From the sequence record PV390659.2: 64,000 nt of DNA, one strand, 5' to 3'. This DNA is from Escherichia phage vB_EcoM_P8. Under the pieces are notes generated by a model, which worked only from the letters and a program-made list of their open reading frames with translations, made no database searches and was not told the DNA's origin. Positions 39,308-48,366 of the stretch are shown here, in pieces. The number at the start of each line of letters is the position of its first letter. Position 1 is the stretch's first letter. A program made the translations under genes and the position numbers.

Positions 39308-39838
39308 ATGTCGCAAGCTCTGCAACAAATTTTTAACCAAGCAAATACAACTAACTTTGTAGTATCAATACCGCATAGTAATACTACATCTGCTTTTACT
39401 TTAAATGCTCAGTCAGTTCCTATTCCGGGAATTAGGATACCTGTTACTGATACCGTGACTGGGCCGTTTGGACTAGGCCGAGCACAGCGTCCAGGAGTTA
39501 CATTTGAGTACGATCCACTCATCGTGAGATTTATAGTTGATGAAGAACTTAAGTCGTGGATAGGAATGTATGAATGGATGCTAGGAACTAGTAACTATCT
39601 TACAGGCGAAAATACTGCCCAAAAAACAGGTCCTGAATACATTACGCTTTACATTTTAGATAATAGTAAAACTGAAATCGTGATGTCAATAAACTTTTAT
39701 AAGCCTTGGGTTTCTGACCTGTCTGAAGTAGAATTTAGTTACACGGAAGATTCAGACCCGGCTTTAGTATGTACAGCAACGATTCCTTATACGTATTTTC
39801 AAGTAGAAAAAGATGGTAAAATTATAGCAGAAGTTTAA
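39308..39838 (+). CDS. 3: tail tube terminator / sheath stabilizer gp3
   Basis: 176 aa from ATG 39308 (MSQALQQIF...); ORF track extends to an upstream alternative start. Confidence 0.8.
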   Translation: MSQALQQIFNQANTTNFVVSIPHSNTTSAFTLNAQSVPIPGIRIPVTDTVTGPFGLGRAQRPGVTFEYDPLIVRFIVDEELKSWIGMYEWMLGTSNYLTGENTAQKTGPEYITLYILDNSKTEIVMSINFYKPWVSDLSEVEFSYTEDSDPALVCTATIPYTYFQVEKDGKIIAEV

Positions 39839-39862
39839 TGCTTCAGTTTCATGTGTTATAAT
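39838..39862 (+). promoter_or_regulatory. T4 middle promoter for gene 1
   Basis: MotA box ATGCTTCA 39838-39845, TATAAT 39857-39862. Confidence 0.6.
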
Positions 39863-39887
39863 CTTAACTAAATTTGAGGAGAAACAT

Positions 39888-40612
39888 ATGAAACTAATCT
39901 TTTTGAGTGGTGTAAAGCGTAGTGGAAAAGATACTACTGCAGATTTTATCATGAATAATTATTCTGCAGTTAAATATCAACTTGCTGGTCCTATTAAAGA
40001 TGCATTGGCTTATGCATGGGGCGTATTCGCAGCAAACACTGACTATCCTTGCTTAACTCGTAAAGAGTTTGAAGGAATTGACTATGATCGTGAGACTAAT
40101 TTAAATCTGGCTAAATTAGAAGTAATTACGATTATGGAACAAGCATTTTGCTATCTTAATAGTAAAAGCCCAATTAAAGGCGTGTTTGTTTTTGATGACG
40201 AAGGAAAAGAATCAGTTAATTCCGTAGCATTTAACAAGATTATTGACGTTATAAATAATATTGAAGACCAATGGTCAGTCCGTCGTCTGATGCAAGCCCT
40301 AGGTACGGATTTGATTGTTAATAACTTCGACCGCATGTATTGGGTAAAATTATTTGCTTTAGATTATCTTGATAAATTTAACTCAGGTTATGATTATTAT
40401 ATCGTTCCTGATACTCGTCAAGACCATGAAATGGATGCGGCTAGGGCGATGGGTGCTACAGTAATTCATGTAGTTCGTCCTGGTCAAAAATCCAATGATA
40501 CTCATATTACAGAAGCTGGATTGCCAATTCGTGATGGCGATTTAGTAATTACAAACGATGGTTCTCTTGAAGAACTTTTTTCTAAAATTAAAAATACACT
40601 AAAGGTACTATA

Positions 40613-40613
<1 letters not shown>
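39888..40613 (+). CDS. 1: deoxynucleoside monophosphate kinase gp1
   Basis: 241 aa; recognised T4 gp1; P-loop GVKRSGKDT; MotA middle promoter upstream. Confidence 0.95.
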
Positions 40614-41310
<697 letters not shown>

Positions 41311-41362
41311 TTTCACAAAGTTGTTTACATACTGATGAGGTAGTGATACTATTATCTCATCA
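41311..41362 (+). promoter_or_regulatory. T4 early promoter with spacer stem-loop (PeSL-like) upstream of ipI
   Basis: GTTTAC 41324-41329, extended -10 GATACTAT, inverted repeat TGATGAG/CTCATCA. Confidence 0.65.
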
Positions 41363-41382
41363 AAATTAATTAGGAAAATAAA

Positions 41383-41670
41383 ATGAAAACATTTAAAGAA
41401 TTTACTTCTACAACTACCCCGGTTTCTACTATTACTGAAGCTACTCTTACTTCTGAAGTTATTAAAGCAAATAAAGGACGAGAAGGTAAACCAATGATTA
41501 GTTTGGTTGATGGCGAAGAAATCAAAGGTACTGTTTACCTAGGTGATGGGTGGTCTGCTAAAAAGGATGGTGCTACAATCGTTATCTCTCCTGCTGAAGA
41601 AACTGCGTTGTTTAAAGCTAAACACATTTCTGCGGCACATCTCAAGATTATTGCTAAAAATCTTTTGTAA
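41383..41670 (+). CDS. ipI: internal head protein I (IPI)
   Basis: 95 aa; N-terminal capsid-targeting sequence MKTFKEFTSTTTPVSTITEA; recognised T4 IPI. Confidence 0.9.
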   Translation: MKTFKEFTSTTTPVSTITEATLTSEVIKANKGREGKPMISLVDGEEIKGTVYLGDGWSAKKDGATIVISPAEETALFKAKHISAAHLKIIAKNLL

Positions 41671-41674
41671 TAAA

Positions 41675-41730
41675 TATTTCACAAAGTTGTTTACATAGGG
41701 TTTTAGTTGTGATACTATTACCCTATCAAC
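41675..41730 (+). promoter_or_regulatory. T4 early promoter with spacer stem-loop (PeSL-like)
   Basis: GTTTAC 41688-41693, GATACTAT -10, inverted repeat ATAGGG/CCCTAT. Confidence 0.65.
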
Positions 41731-41746
41731 TACTGAGGAGAATAAA

Positions 41747-41932
41747 ATGAAACGTTGTGAATTAATTCGAAATGTTGCTATTGCAATTTCTGCTTCTGCT
41801 TTTAGTTTTTCAATGTTTGTTGGATTTATATGTGGATTATTAACTACAGCAGAAAATGTGTTTTCACTTGTAGTAGCATTTTTAATTGGTTTAATCGCTA
41901 TTGTTATGGATAAAATTTCTAAAGGTGAATAG
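41747..41932 (+). CDS. small membrane protein (2 predicted TM helices)
   Basis: 61 aa hydrophobic ORF behind early promoter and GAGGAG RBS. Confidence 0.55.
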   Translation: MKRCELIRNVAIAISASAFSFSMFVGFICGLLTTAENVFSLVVAFLIGLIAIVMDKISKGE

Positions 41933-41933
41933 A

Positions 41934-42317
41934 ATGTATAAAGTGTACGCGGATTATCAGGCTAATCCATCTGAAAAGCCAGGTTGTCAAATTGGATGGG
42001 CTCATGATACTTTGCTTGAAGCAGTAGATGCTGCTCAAAAATTAGGATATAAATATGTAGAGATTGTTCAACTACCATCAGGAAAAGTTATTACTCTTGA
42101 AGAGTTCAATAATATTAAACCAAACTTTTTACTTTTTGCAGGTGATAATTATTATCCTCGTGGTGGATATGCTGATTTAATCGCGAAAGCCGCTACCGAA
42201 GATGAACTTCGTGATATTATTAAAGAAAATGAAAATAAACCGATGTATGGTTCTAATCGTTTTGACTGGTGGCAAATTGTAAATGCCCATACTCATACTA
42301 TTGTTGATGAAGGCTGA
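41934..42317 (+). CDS. hypothetical protein
   Basis: 127 aa from ATG 41934 (ORF track 41901 upstream alt start). Confidence 0.55.
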   Translation: MYKVYADYQANPSEKPGCQIGWAHDTLLEAVDAAQKLGYKYVEIVQLPSGKVITLEEFNNIKPNFLLFAGDNYYPRGGYADLIAKAATEDELRDIIKENENKPMYGSNRFDWWQIVNAHTHTIVDEG

Positions 42318-42319
42318 TA

Positions 42320-42610
42320 ATGATTCTTTATGCGAAAGTATCATCCATTGAAAATGGATATAAATATGATCAAGACGCGGCTAAAGCCTTGATTGATGAT
42401 TATGGCATTTTAACATGTTTTGAAGTTGAAAAGGTTTACATTGACCGTTCATCTTCTCAAGTTAAATTAGTGAAGGAAGACCGTAAATTTAATACAGTAA
42501 ATTTTGATTTCTTTATTGAAACAGAAAAAGGTCCTCTTGAATATGATATTTTCAAGAATCCTTTGGGTCTTGAATGTATTAAATATACTTACATTAATGC
42601 AGCGTGGTGA
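42320..42610 (+). CDS. hypothetical protein
   Basis: 96 aa ORF, tightly packed. Confidence 0.55.
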   Translation: MILYAKVSSIENGYKYDQDAAKALIDDYGILTCFEVEKVYIDRSSSQVKLVKEDRKFNTVNFDFFIETEKGPLEYDIFKNPLGLECIKYTYINAAW

Positions 42611-42612
42611 AA

Positions 42613-43128
42613 ATGAATATTTGTTTGGGTACTACAATTCCGCAGGGTTACGTAATTGATGTCACTACCTGGGAAAATGATGGTGACAACTATAAAACCA
42701 AAACACTGTTTGGCGTAGAAGAGCATGAAATCTTACAATTCCAATATCTTTTAAAGAAGTTTAAAAGCCGACATTCTAGTACTAAAATTGAGCACTATTG
42801 TGGTAATGCTTCGTTCAGTGAGCAATCGCTTTTTATCTATGAATACTTGGTTGAAGGACTGTTCTCAGACCAACTTTATCCAGAATTCATTAAAAAGGTC
42901 TTTGATATAGAAGTTGACCTTGGTAATAAATCTGAAGAAGATGAAGAACGTGTATTTGACTTATTCTTTGTGAATGGTAATAAAGTGCTTGAAGGACTTA
43001 TTAATATTTTAGGTAATGCTTCTGAGTATTATGATTATGATTTTTTGCGTGTAGTTGAGAGTGTTAAATACTCTTATATAGAAGAAGAAATTGTTTTGCC
43101 GACCGTTAAAATGTTTAATTTGCTTTAA
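42613..43128 (+). CDS. hypothetical protein
   Basis: 171 aa from ATG 42613 (ORF track GTG 42604). Confidence 0.55.
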   Translation: MNICLGTTIPQGYVIDVTTWENDGDNYKTKTLFGVEEHEILQFQYLLKKFKSRHSSTKIEHYCGNASFSEQSLFIYEYLVEGLFSDQLYPEFIKKVFDIEVDLGNKSEEDEERVFDLFFVNGNKVLEGLINILGNASEYYDYDFLRVVESVKYSYIEEEIVLPTVKMFNLL

Positions 43129-43214
43129 GAATTATTTGTTATTATTAACTTATATCGCATTGATTAATACCCTCTATCATCAAGGGTTCTTTCCTGAGAG
43201 CCTTTGTTAATAAT

Positions 43215-43287
43215 TGGGAATTAGCCAAGTTGGTAAGGCACTGGATTTTGATTCCAGGATGCAAAGGTTCGAGTCCTTTATTCCCAG
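43215..43287 (+). tRNA. tRNA-Gln (anticodon UUG)
   Basis: Cloverleaf read by eye: acceptor TGGGAAT/ATTCCCA, anticodon loop TTTTGAT, T-arm GGTTCGAGTCC. Confidence 0.85.
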
Positions 43288-43288
43288 C

Positions 43289-43375
43289 GCGAGAATGGTC
43301 AAATTGGTAAAGGCACAGCACTTAAAATGCTGCGGAATGATTTCCTTGTGGGTTCGAGTCCCACTTCTCGCACCA
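43289..43375 (+). tRNA. tRNA-Leu (anticodon UAA), class II, CCA encoded
   Basis: Acceptor GCGAGAA/TTCTCGC, anticodon loop CTTAAAA, long variable arm. Confidence 0.85.
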
Positions 43376-43380
43376 AATTT

Positions 43381-43454
<74 letters not shown>

Positions 43455-43464
43455 ATTTAATTTA

Positions 43465-43538
43465 CTCCGTGTAGCTCAGTTTGGTAGAGCGCCTGATTTG
43501 GGATCAGGAGGTCCAAGGTTCAAATCCTTGTATGGAGA
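43465..43538 (+). tRNA. tRNA-Pro (anticodon UGG)
   Basis: Anticodon stem CCTGA/TCAGG, loop TTTGGGA, T-arm GGTTCAAATCC. Confidence 0.8.
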
Positions 43539-43540
43539 CT

Positions 43541-43630
43541 GGAGGCGTGGCAGAGTGGTTTAATGCACCGGTCTTGAAAACCGGCAGTCGCTCCGGCGAC
43601 TCATAGGTTCAAATCCTATCGCCTCCGCCA
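43541..43630 (+). tRNA. tRNA-Ser (anticodon UGA), class II, CCA encoded
   Basis: Acceptor GGAGGCG/CGCCTCC, anticodon loop CTTGAAA, long variable arm. Confidence 0.85.
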
Positions 43631-43635
43631 GTTTT

Positions 43636-43711
43636 GCTGATTTAGCTCAGTAGGTAGAGCAACTCACTTGTAATGAGAAGGTCGGCGGTTCGATTCCGTC
43701 AATCAGCACCA
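43636..43711 (+). tRNA. tRNA-Thr (anticodon UGU), CCA encoded
   Basis: Acceptor GCTGATT/AATCAGC, anticodon loop CTTGTAA. Confidence 0.85.
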
Positions 43712-43712
43712 A

Positions 43713-43787
43713 GGCCCTGTAGCTGGAAGGTTCAAGCAAGCGACTCATAATCGTCAGATGGTGGTTCAATTCCACCCAGGGCCACCA
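43713..43787 (+). tRNA. tRNA with CAU anticodon (Ile2-type, as T4 tRNA-Ile; Met cannot be excluded from sequence alone)
   Basis: Acceptor GGCCCTG/CAGGGCC, anticodon loop CTCATAA, CCA encoded. Confidence 0.8.
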
Positions 43788-43800
43788 AATTAAGAATTAA

Positions 43801-43887
43801 GGGGAGTTATCCCGTAGAGGTAGCGGTGTGGACTGTAAATCCATTGTCATTGCGACTCGGGTGGTTCGACTCCATCACTCCCCACCA
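43801..43887 (+). tRNA. tRNA-Tyr-like (anticodon GUA), class II
   Basis: Perfect 7-bp acceptor GGGGAGT/ACTCCCC, anticodon stem GTGGA/TCCAT with loop CTGTAAA, long variable arm, T-arm GGTGGTTCGACTCCATC, CCA encoded. Confidence 0.65.
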
Positions 43888-43891
43888 ATTT

Positions 43892-43966
43892 GGATGTGTA
43901 GCTCAATGGCAGAGCGATCGCCTGTTAAGCGATTGGTTATAGGTTCGAATCCTATCACGTCCGCCA
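43892..43966 (+). tRNA. tRNA-Asn (anticodon GUU)
   Basis: Acceptor GGATGTG/CACGTCC, D-arm GCTCAATGGCAGAGC, anticodon stem ATCGC/GCGAT loop CTGTTAA, CCA encoded. Confidence 0.75.
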
Positions 43967-43970
43967 AATC

Positions 43971-44046
43971 CGAGGCATAGCTCAGAAGGAAGAGCAAGGA
44001 CCTTCTAAGTCCTAGGTCGTAGGTTCGATCCCTACTGCCTCGACCA
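43971..44046 (+). tRNA. tRNA-Arg (anticodon UCU)
   Basis: Perfect acceptor CGAGGCA/TGCCTCG, anticodon loop CTTCTAA, CCA encoded. Confidence 0.85.
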
Positions 44047-44062
44047 ATTAAGTGAGGAAAAT

Positions 44063-44413
44063 ATGAAAGGTAATGTTTATTTAGTAGTTCATGATTTAAC
44101 ATTCTATTTTAATCATAATGACACTGTTATTTCTGAACGTGTAATTAATTTACTTTATCAGCATGCAGATTATGTTTATGTCGAAAACGAATATGGTCAT
44201 TGGCAATTTCTCAAAAATCGTTCATTTGGTTTAGATGGTTACGAATATTTTGAACGTAAAGACCTTTTAGATAAAATTCCGTTATCTACACAATATCAAA
44301 ATCATAAGTCTTTATATAAATGCCGTCCAATTCGAAATGCTGAATCTGCGTATGAAGTAATTGATTTATGGCGTAAACGTCGTGAACAGGTTGATGCTTT
44401 AAAAGAATACTAA
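44063..44413 (+). CDS. hypothetical protein between tRNA cluster and structured RNA region
   Basis: 116 aa ORF, GAGGAAA RBS 7 nt upstream. Confidence 0.6.
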   Translation: MKGNVYLVVHDLTFYFNHNDTVISERVINLLYQHADYVYVENEYGHWQFLKNRSFGLDGYEYFERKDLLDKIPLSTQYQNHKSLYKCRPIRNAESAYEVIDLWRKRREQVDALKEY

Positions 44414-44419
44414 GAAACC

Positions 44420-44720
44420 GGGTCGCTACCGGTAAGTCGTCGGACTGATGTTCCCTGGAGTATAGTTTCTCCCACAGTTTTACTGTGTTCTGATTCTTTA
44501 CTATCACAGCAGAAACGGCGCACCGAATTATCGATTCGAGGAAATATCTTTGCCGTAAGCCGAGTAGCGTTTTTGGCGGAACGTTCGGATATGGTCGAGA
44601 TATGGCCTTTTAAAAATATTGAGTAGCGTCAACTGCTTAATAACCGGGTTCGAATCCCGGCGTTTCGTACAAACACTTGCCTTAGCAGGTGGAACCCCGA
44701 CAAGGTTGCCGCAAGGCTTA
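44420..44720 (+). ncRNA. non-coding structured region, possibly T4 small stable RNA (species 1/2, rnaC/rnaD) homologs
   Basis: About 300 nt with no ORF, tRNA-like T-arm CCGGGTTCGAATCCCGG at 44643-44659, ends at a strong terminator; location after tRNA-Arg matches my recollection of T4. Confidence 0.4.
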
Positions 44721-44747
44721 GCCCCGACCGAAAGGTTGGGGCTTTTT
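44721..44747 (+). terminator. rho-independent terminator (copy 1 of duplicated element)
   Basis: GCCCCGACCGAAAGGTTGGGGC hairpin plus TTTTT. Confidence 0.8.
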
Positions 44748-44749
44748 AG

Positions 44750-44757
44750 TATAAATA
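44750..44757 (+). promoter_or_regulatory. late promoter for internal-protein-like gene
   Basis: TATAAATA 40 bp upstream of ATG 44798. Confidence 0.6.
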
Positions 44758-44797
44758 TAGTAGTATATTAAATCCACGAATTAAAACAGGAAATAAG

Positions 44798-45271
44798 ATG
44801 AAATCATATGCTCAATTTTTAAATGAAGCGGTGTTAAATGAAGCATCTAGCACCGAAATTCAAGCTGTCGCAAAAGCAGCCATTGCAGCGGGTAAATATT
44901 CCTATAAAGATGCTTCTGACGAATCACGATTCCAGTTTGCTCGCGACATGAAAGCAGAAGGATTTACGGGAAATGCAGTTAGTATGGCCTGGAAAAGTTT
45001 AGTTGCTACTGGCGCTGCTTTTGCAAAGGCTTCAGGTAAACCTGCTCCTAAAGCAGATCCTAAAGCTGCACAAGAAAAAAATATCGTTAAAGGAATTATC
45101 GCTAAATATGAAGCTATCCTTAAAGAGCTTTTAGTAATCAAAACCGAAGGCCAAAAGTTAGCCCGCGCTTATAGTTTCAAAGATAATCCACATGCTCACT
45201 CTCTTGAGTATGTTGAAGACATCCAAAAAATTATTAAAGACCGCATTTGGTCTGCTAAACAAATCAAATAA
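44798..45271 (+). CDS. internal-protein-like virion protein candidate (N-terminal capsid-targeting-like sequence)
   Basis: 157 aa; N-terminus MKSYAQFLNEAVLNEA resembles IPI targeting sequence with L-x-E-A cleavage-like sites; own TATAAATA late promoter; flanked by identical terminators. Confidence 0.6.
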   Translation: MKSYAQFLNEAVLNEASSTEIQAVAKAAIAAGKYSYKDASDESRFQFARDMKAEGFTGNAVSMAWKSLVATGAAFAKASGKPAPKADPKAAQEKNIVKGIIAKYEAILKELLVIKTEGQKLARAYSFKDNPHAHSLEYVEDIQKIIKDRIWSAKQIK

Positions 45272-45278
45272 CATTTTA

Positions 45279-45305
45279 GCCCCGACCGAAAGGTTGGGGC
45301 TTTTT
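45279..45305 (+). terminator. rho-independent terminator (copy 2, identical sequence)
   Basis: GCCCCGACCGAAAGGTTGGGGC hairpin plus TTTTT. Confidence 0.8.
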
Positions 45306-45424
45306 GATATCTAGGCCTTTCTGGACCTCTCTAGGCATCATTTAGTTTATACCCTTTATAATATATTATCCTATCCTTTAATTGCCCATCCCTGCCCTAG
45401 AATTCCCTAAAACTTTTTAAAAAT

Positions 45425-45480
45425 TTTTTCACAAAACGGTTTACATCCCCGTTCTTCCATGGTACTATACAACTATCAAC
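45425..45480 (+). promoter_or_regulatory. T4 early promoter
   Basis: GTTTAC 45439-45444, TACTAT 45463-45468. Confidence 0.6.
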
Positions 45481-45512
45481 TACTGATACAGAAAAACAAC
45501 TTGGAGAATGAA

Positions 45513-45776
45513 ATGGATAATTACGGCGAACTGTTCAACTTCTTTATGAAATGCGTTTCAGAAGATTTCGGTCGTACAGTGAATGATATTAAAGTTATCG
45601 GTCCTGATCATCCGATGTTTGAAACTTACGCAGTAATGGGTAATGAAGATGGTCAGTGGTATACTGTAAAGGTTGTGATTAACATGTTCACTGCTGAAGG
45701 TTATGTTAAACTGTCTTCTAAAGTTTACCATGATAACGACGAAATCGCAGAAGAATATTTTAATAATATGAAATAA
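45513..45776 (+). CDS. hypothetical protein
   Basis: 87 aa from ATG 45513 with GGAGAA RBS; ORF track start 45459 lies inside the promoter. Confidence 0.55.
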   Translation: MDNYGELFNFFMKCVSEDFGRTVNDIKVIGPDHPMFETYAVMGNEDGQWYTVKVVINMFTAEGYVKLSSKVYHDNDEIAEEYFNNMK

Positions 45777-45820
45777 GTTTACATAGGCTCATGATTGAGA
45801 TATTATGAGCCTATAATTTG
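45777..45820 (+). promoter_or_regulatory. T4 early promoter with spacer stem-loop (PeSL-like)
   Basis: GTTTAC 45777-45782, inverted repeat ATAGGCTCAT/ATGAGCCTAT, TATAAT 45812-45817. Confidence 0.65.
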
Positions 45821-45831
45821 AGGAAACTGTT

Positions 45832-46362
45832 ATGTCTCTTTATACCGAACTGAATGAAACTTCCGAAAAATCTTTTGATGGTATCTTATCAATAATGCAA
45901 AAGCAGGTATTAGAACAGCTTAGTGAAGCCGCAAGCAACGGACATAAGGCTTGTCGAATCCCAAGCCCACATCGTCGCCTGTATGAACGCCCTCTTATTA
46001 ATTGGCTAGAAAGCGAAGGTCTTACAGTTAAGATTTGTCCTGCCAAATTTGATGTCCCACGTATTCTTAATATTTACTGGGATAAACCGATTGAGAAACC
46101 GATTGAGAAAAGTGAACCTTGGGTTGTCAATGTAAAAACATATGATAATGGATGCTCACTTGAGGTGTCTGCTGTAATTAAAGGCACTCACGGTGAAAAA
46201 TCGTGGGGTTGGCCTGGTAAAGATAAAGAAATCGTGTTAAGTGTAAAAGCTACTAGTATTAGTACTCCTATAGCTAAAAGCATTATCGCCGCCGCTGTTG
46301 AAGAAGCTGAACGAATTTGTAAAATTAAAAATAGTTTACATCTCTTAAATAGCATGATATAA
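45832..46362 (+). CDS. hypothetical protein
   Basis: 176 aa ORF behind early promoter; contains a 12-bp tandem duplication (PIEKPIEK). Confidence 0.6.
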   Translation: MSLYTELNETSEKSFDGILSIMQKQVLEQLSEAASNGHKACRIPSPHRRLYERPLINWLESEGLTVKICPAKFDVPRILNIYWDKPIEKPIEKSEPWVVNVKTYDNGCSLEVSAVIKGTHGEKSWGWPGKDKEIVLSVKATSISTPIAKSIIAAAVEEAERICKIKNSLHLLNSMI

Positions 46363-46405
46363 TTCTTCCACAGATTTTAATTTTTAATCAACCTAAGGAA
46401 ATACT

Positions 46406-46999
46406 ATGAACACACTGAAGAAAATTGTTGAGTTTATTCGCACTAAACTTGGTTCTGCTATGGCTAAAAATCTATCTGTTGAAGAACAGTATACTGCTGC
46501 AGCAGCAAAACTTCTTGATAAAATTAAAGACCTAAAAACTGCTTCTGTTAAATCTATTAATGAAGAAAAACGTATTCGTGAACTTGTTATCGAAAAGAAT
46601 CGACAAGCCGAATCAAAAGAGCGTGAAATTCGCAAACTTCTTTCCGAAGGTCAAGATGTAACAATGCATGCTAAGCTCGGTTTACTATATCGTCGAACAG
46701 CTGAGCAGTTGACTACTAAAGCTGATGGTTATGCTGAAATGCGAATTGAAATCGCCAAGAAAGTAGTTGAGTTAGATGATGCTCGTCAAGAACTTGCAGT
46801 TAAATTGGAATATATCCGTGAAACTCGTGCGGCAAATGCTCTTGGAATTAGTACTGCTGATGATGTAGTTGAAATCGCAGCGCTAACTAAGGTTGATATT
46901 GAAGATACCCTTGCTCGAGTTGAAACCTTTAATGGTAATATTTCTGGGGTTGAAACTACCTCTGCCGATGTTCAGGAATACATTAATTCTCTGAAATAA
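46406..46999 (+). CDS. coiled-coil protein, possibly PspA/IM30-like
   Basis: 197 aa, heptad-rich helical sequence; family assignment is a guess from composition. Confidence 0.5.
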   Translation: MNTLKKIVEFIRTKLGSAMAKNLSVEEQYTAAAAKLLDKIKDLKTASVKSINEEKRIRELVIEKNRQAESKEREIRKLLSEGQDVTMHAKLGLLYRRTAEQLTTKADGYAEMRIEIAKKVVELDDARQELAVKLEYIRETRAANALGISTADDVVEIAALTKVDIEDTLARVETFNGNISGVETTSADVQEYINSLK

Positions 47000-47006
47000 T
47001 GATAAG

Positions 47007-47024
47007 GGGCTTCGGCCCCTATTA
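47007..47024 (+). terminator. hairpin after ORF 46406-46999
   Basis: AGGGGCTTCGGCCCCT hairpin, same sequence as the hoc terminator stem; no strong T-run. Confidence 0.45.
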
Positions 47025-47040
47025 CTTGGAGTAAATAGGA

Positions 47041-47649
47041 ATGAAAATGCAAAGTGATTTCAATTCAATGTTTGAAGAGTTCCAAAGACAAGTTGATGTT
47101 CCAGACCAATTACTAAATGCTCTTAAACGTATGGCAGAAGGACGTAATTACTATTGGGGCTCTTCGTATGAAACTGATGAAAGTCTTTCTGGAAGACTTT
47201 ATAGAGGTAAAAAGTCTTTAATACGTCCTGGAATACTCATTAAAAGTATTGAATCAATTCATTCATTGACATGTGATTTTGATGTTGAATTTACTGATTT
47301 CATTTCTCCTGAATGGACAGTTTGTTATTTAAATGACGATTATGATTATCTTGGCGTTTATAGTTTAAGTGACGCATGGTTTAAACGTAATTTACAAAAG
47401 TCAAATTTATTTTATATTGATACTACGGTAAAATTTCAGGGAAAGAAATATTTCTTTACTCTTATAGTTGATTCTGAAACAAAGCATGAAAATAAACGTA
47501 TTCTTAGTAAAAAGAATATCTTAACTATTGTTGATGATCTTTTTGATAAATTCGTGGAAAATCCTAATTTTGAAAGCGATTTATTATTAGAAAAATTTGT
47601 TAAGGAATGTAGAGAATATGTCAAAGCCATCACTATACCTTCCAAGTAA
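47041..47649 (+). CDS. hypothetical protein with C-terminal FVKECR motif shared with the next three ORFs
   Basis: 202 aa ORF. Confidence 0.55.
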   Translation: MKMQSDFNSMFEEFQRQVDVPDQLLNALKRMAEGRNYYWGSSYETDESLSGRLYRGKKSLIRPGILIKSIESIHSLTCDFDVEFTDFISPEWTVCYLNDDYDYLGVYSLSDAWFKRNLQKSNLFYIDTTVKFQGKKYFFTLIVDSETKHENKRILSKKNILTIVDDLFDKFVENPNFESDLLLEKFVKECREYVKAITIPSK

Positions 47650-48010
47650 ACCTGTGAAGTATGAACTAAAGCGTCAGCTAATTCCTACTGATGTATTAAT
47701 AGGTCCTGTGACAGCTATATCATTTGTAATTCTATTGATTGTTGGAATGGTTATAGACTTTATGACTGATATTGAATCTGGCGTAATATTTTTGTTAGTA
47801 TTAATTCTTCCATTAGTAGTTCCATTTTTATTGGTACCTGTAAATTGGGTAGGATATTGGTATCAAGGAAGGCATTATCGTAAACGTGTACGTGAATGGA
47901 AAGCTCAGTGTAAAAAGATTAAAAAGGAACACCAGCTTAAACTAAATATGTATGAATTTAATGAAATTATGAAATTTGTTAAGGAATCACGATGCAAAAG
48001 CCAAAACTAA
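47618..48010 (+). CDS. small membrane protein, paralog family member (C-terminal FVKESR)
   Basis: 130 aa from ATG 47618; two hydrophobic helices then basic region. Confidence 0.55.
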   Translation: MSKPSLYLPSKPVKYELKRQLIPTDVLIGPVTAISFVILLIVGMVIDFMTDIESGVIFLLVLILPLVVPFLLVPVNWVGYWYQGRHYRKRVREWKAQCKKIKKEHQLKLNMYEFNEIMKFVKESRCKSQN

Positions 48011-48366
48011 ATAAAGTCAAATATTCTTTTTCTGAGTCATTTTTAATTTTTGCTGTAGCGTTGGCTGCAGCTCTTGCTGGTAGTCTTATTGGATTAATGA
48101 TTGACTGTATTATTTTAAACATCCGCAGTAACGTCAGCGGTATAGTAGATATAATAGAAGTTTGGAGTGAACTTCATTATACTATAGCGATTTCATTATT
48201 TTCATTCTTTGGTATTATTTTATATTTTCATTATGATAATTTTAAAATAAATTGGCAAAGAAAAAAGGATTACAAAATACAATTAAAAGAATATAATAAC
48301 TACATGTCTTATATTGAAAATGAATCAATGAAAGAATTCGTGAATGATTGTAGGAAAATCAAATGA
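47992..48366 (+). CDS. small membrane protein, paralog family member (C-terminal FVNDCRKIK)
   Basis: 124 aa, two predicted TM helices. Confidence 0.55.
   Translation: MQKPKLNKVKYSFSESFLIFAVALAAALAGSLIGLMIDCIILNIRSNVSGIVDIIEVWSELHYTIAISLFSFFGIILYFHYDNFKINWQRKKDYKIQLKEYNNYMSYIENESMKEFVNDCRKIK

Noticed and set aside
46087-46110. Perfect 12-bp tandem duplication CCGATTGAGAAA x2
   Set aside because: In-frame within a CDS (encodes PIEKPIEK); a single duplication, not a repeat array or CRISPR.
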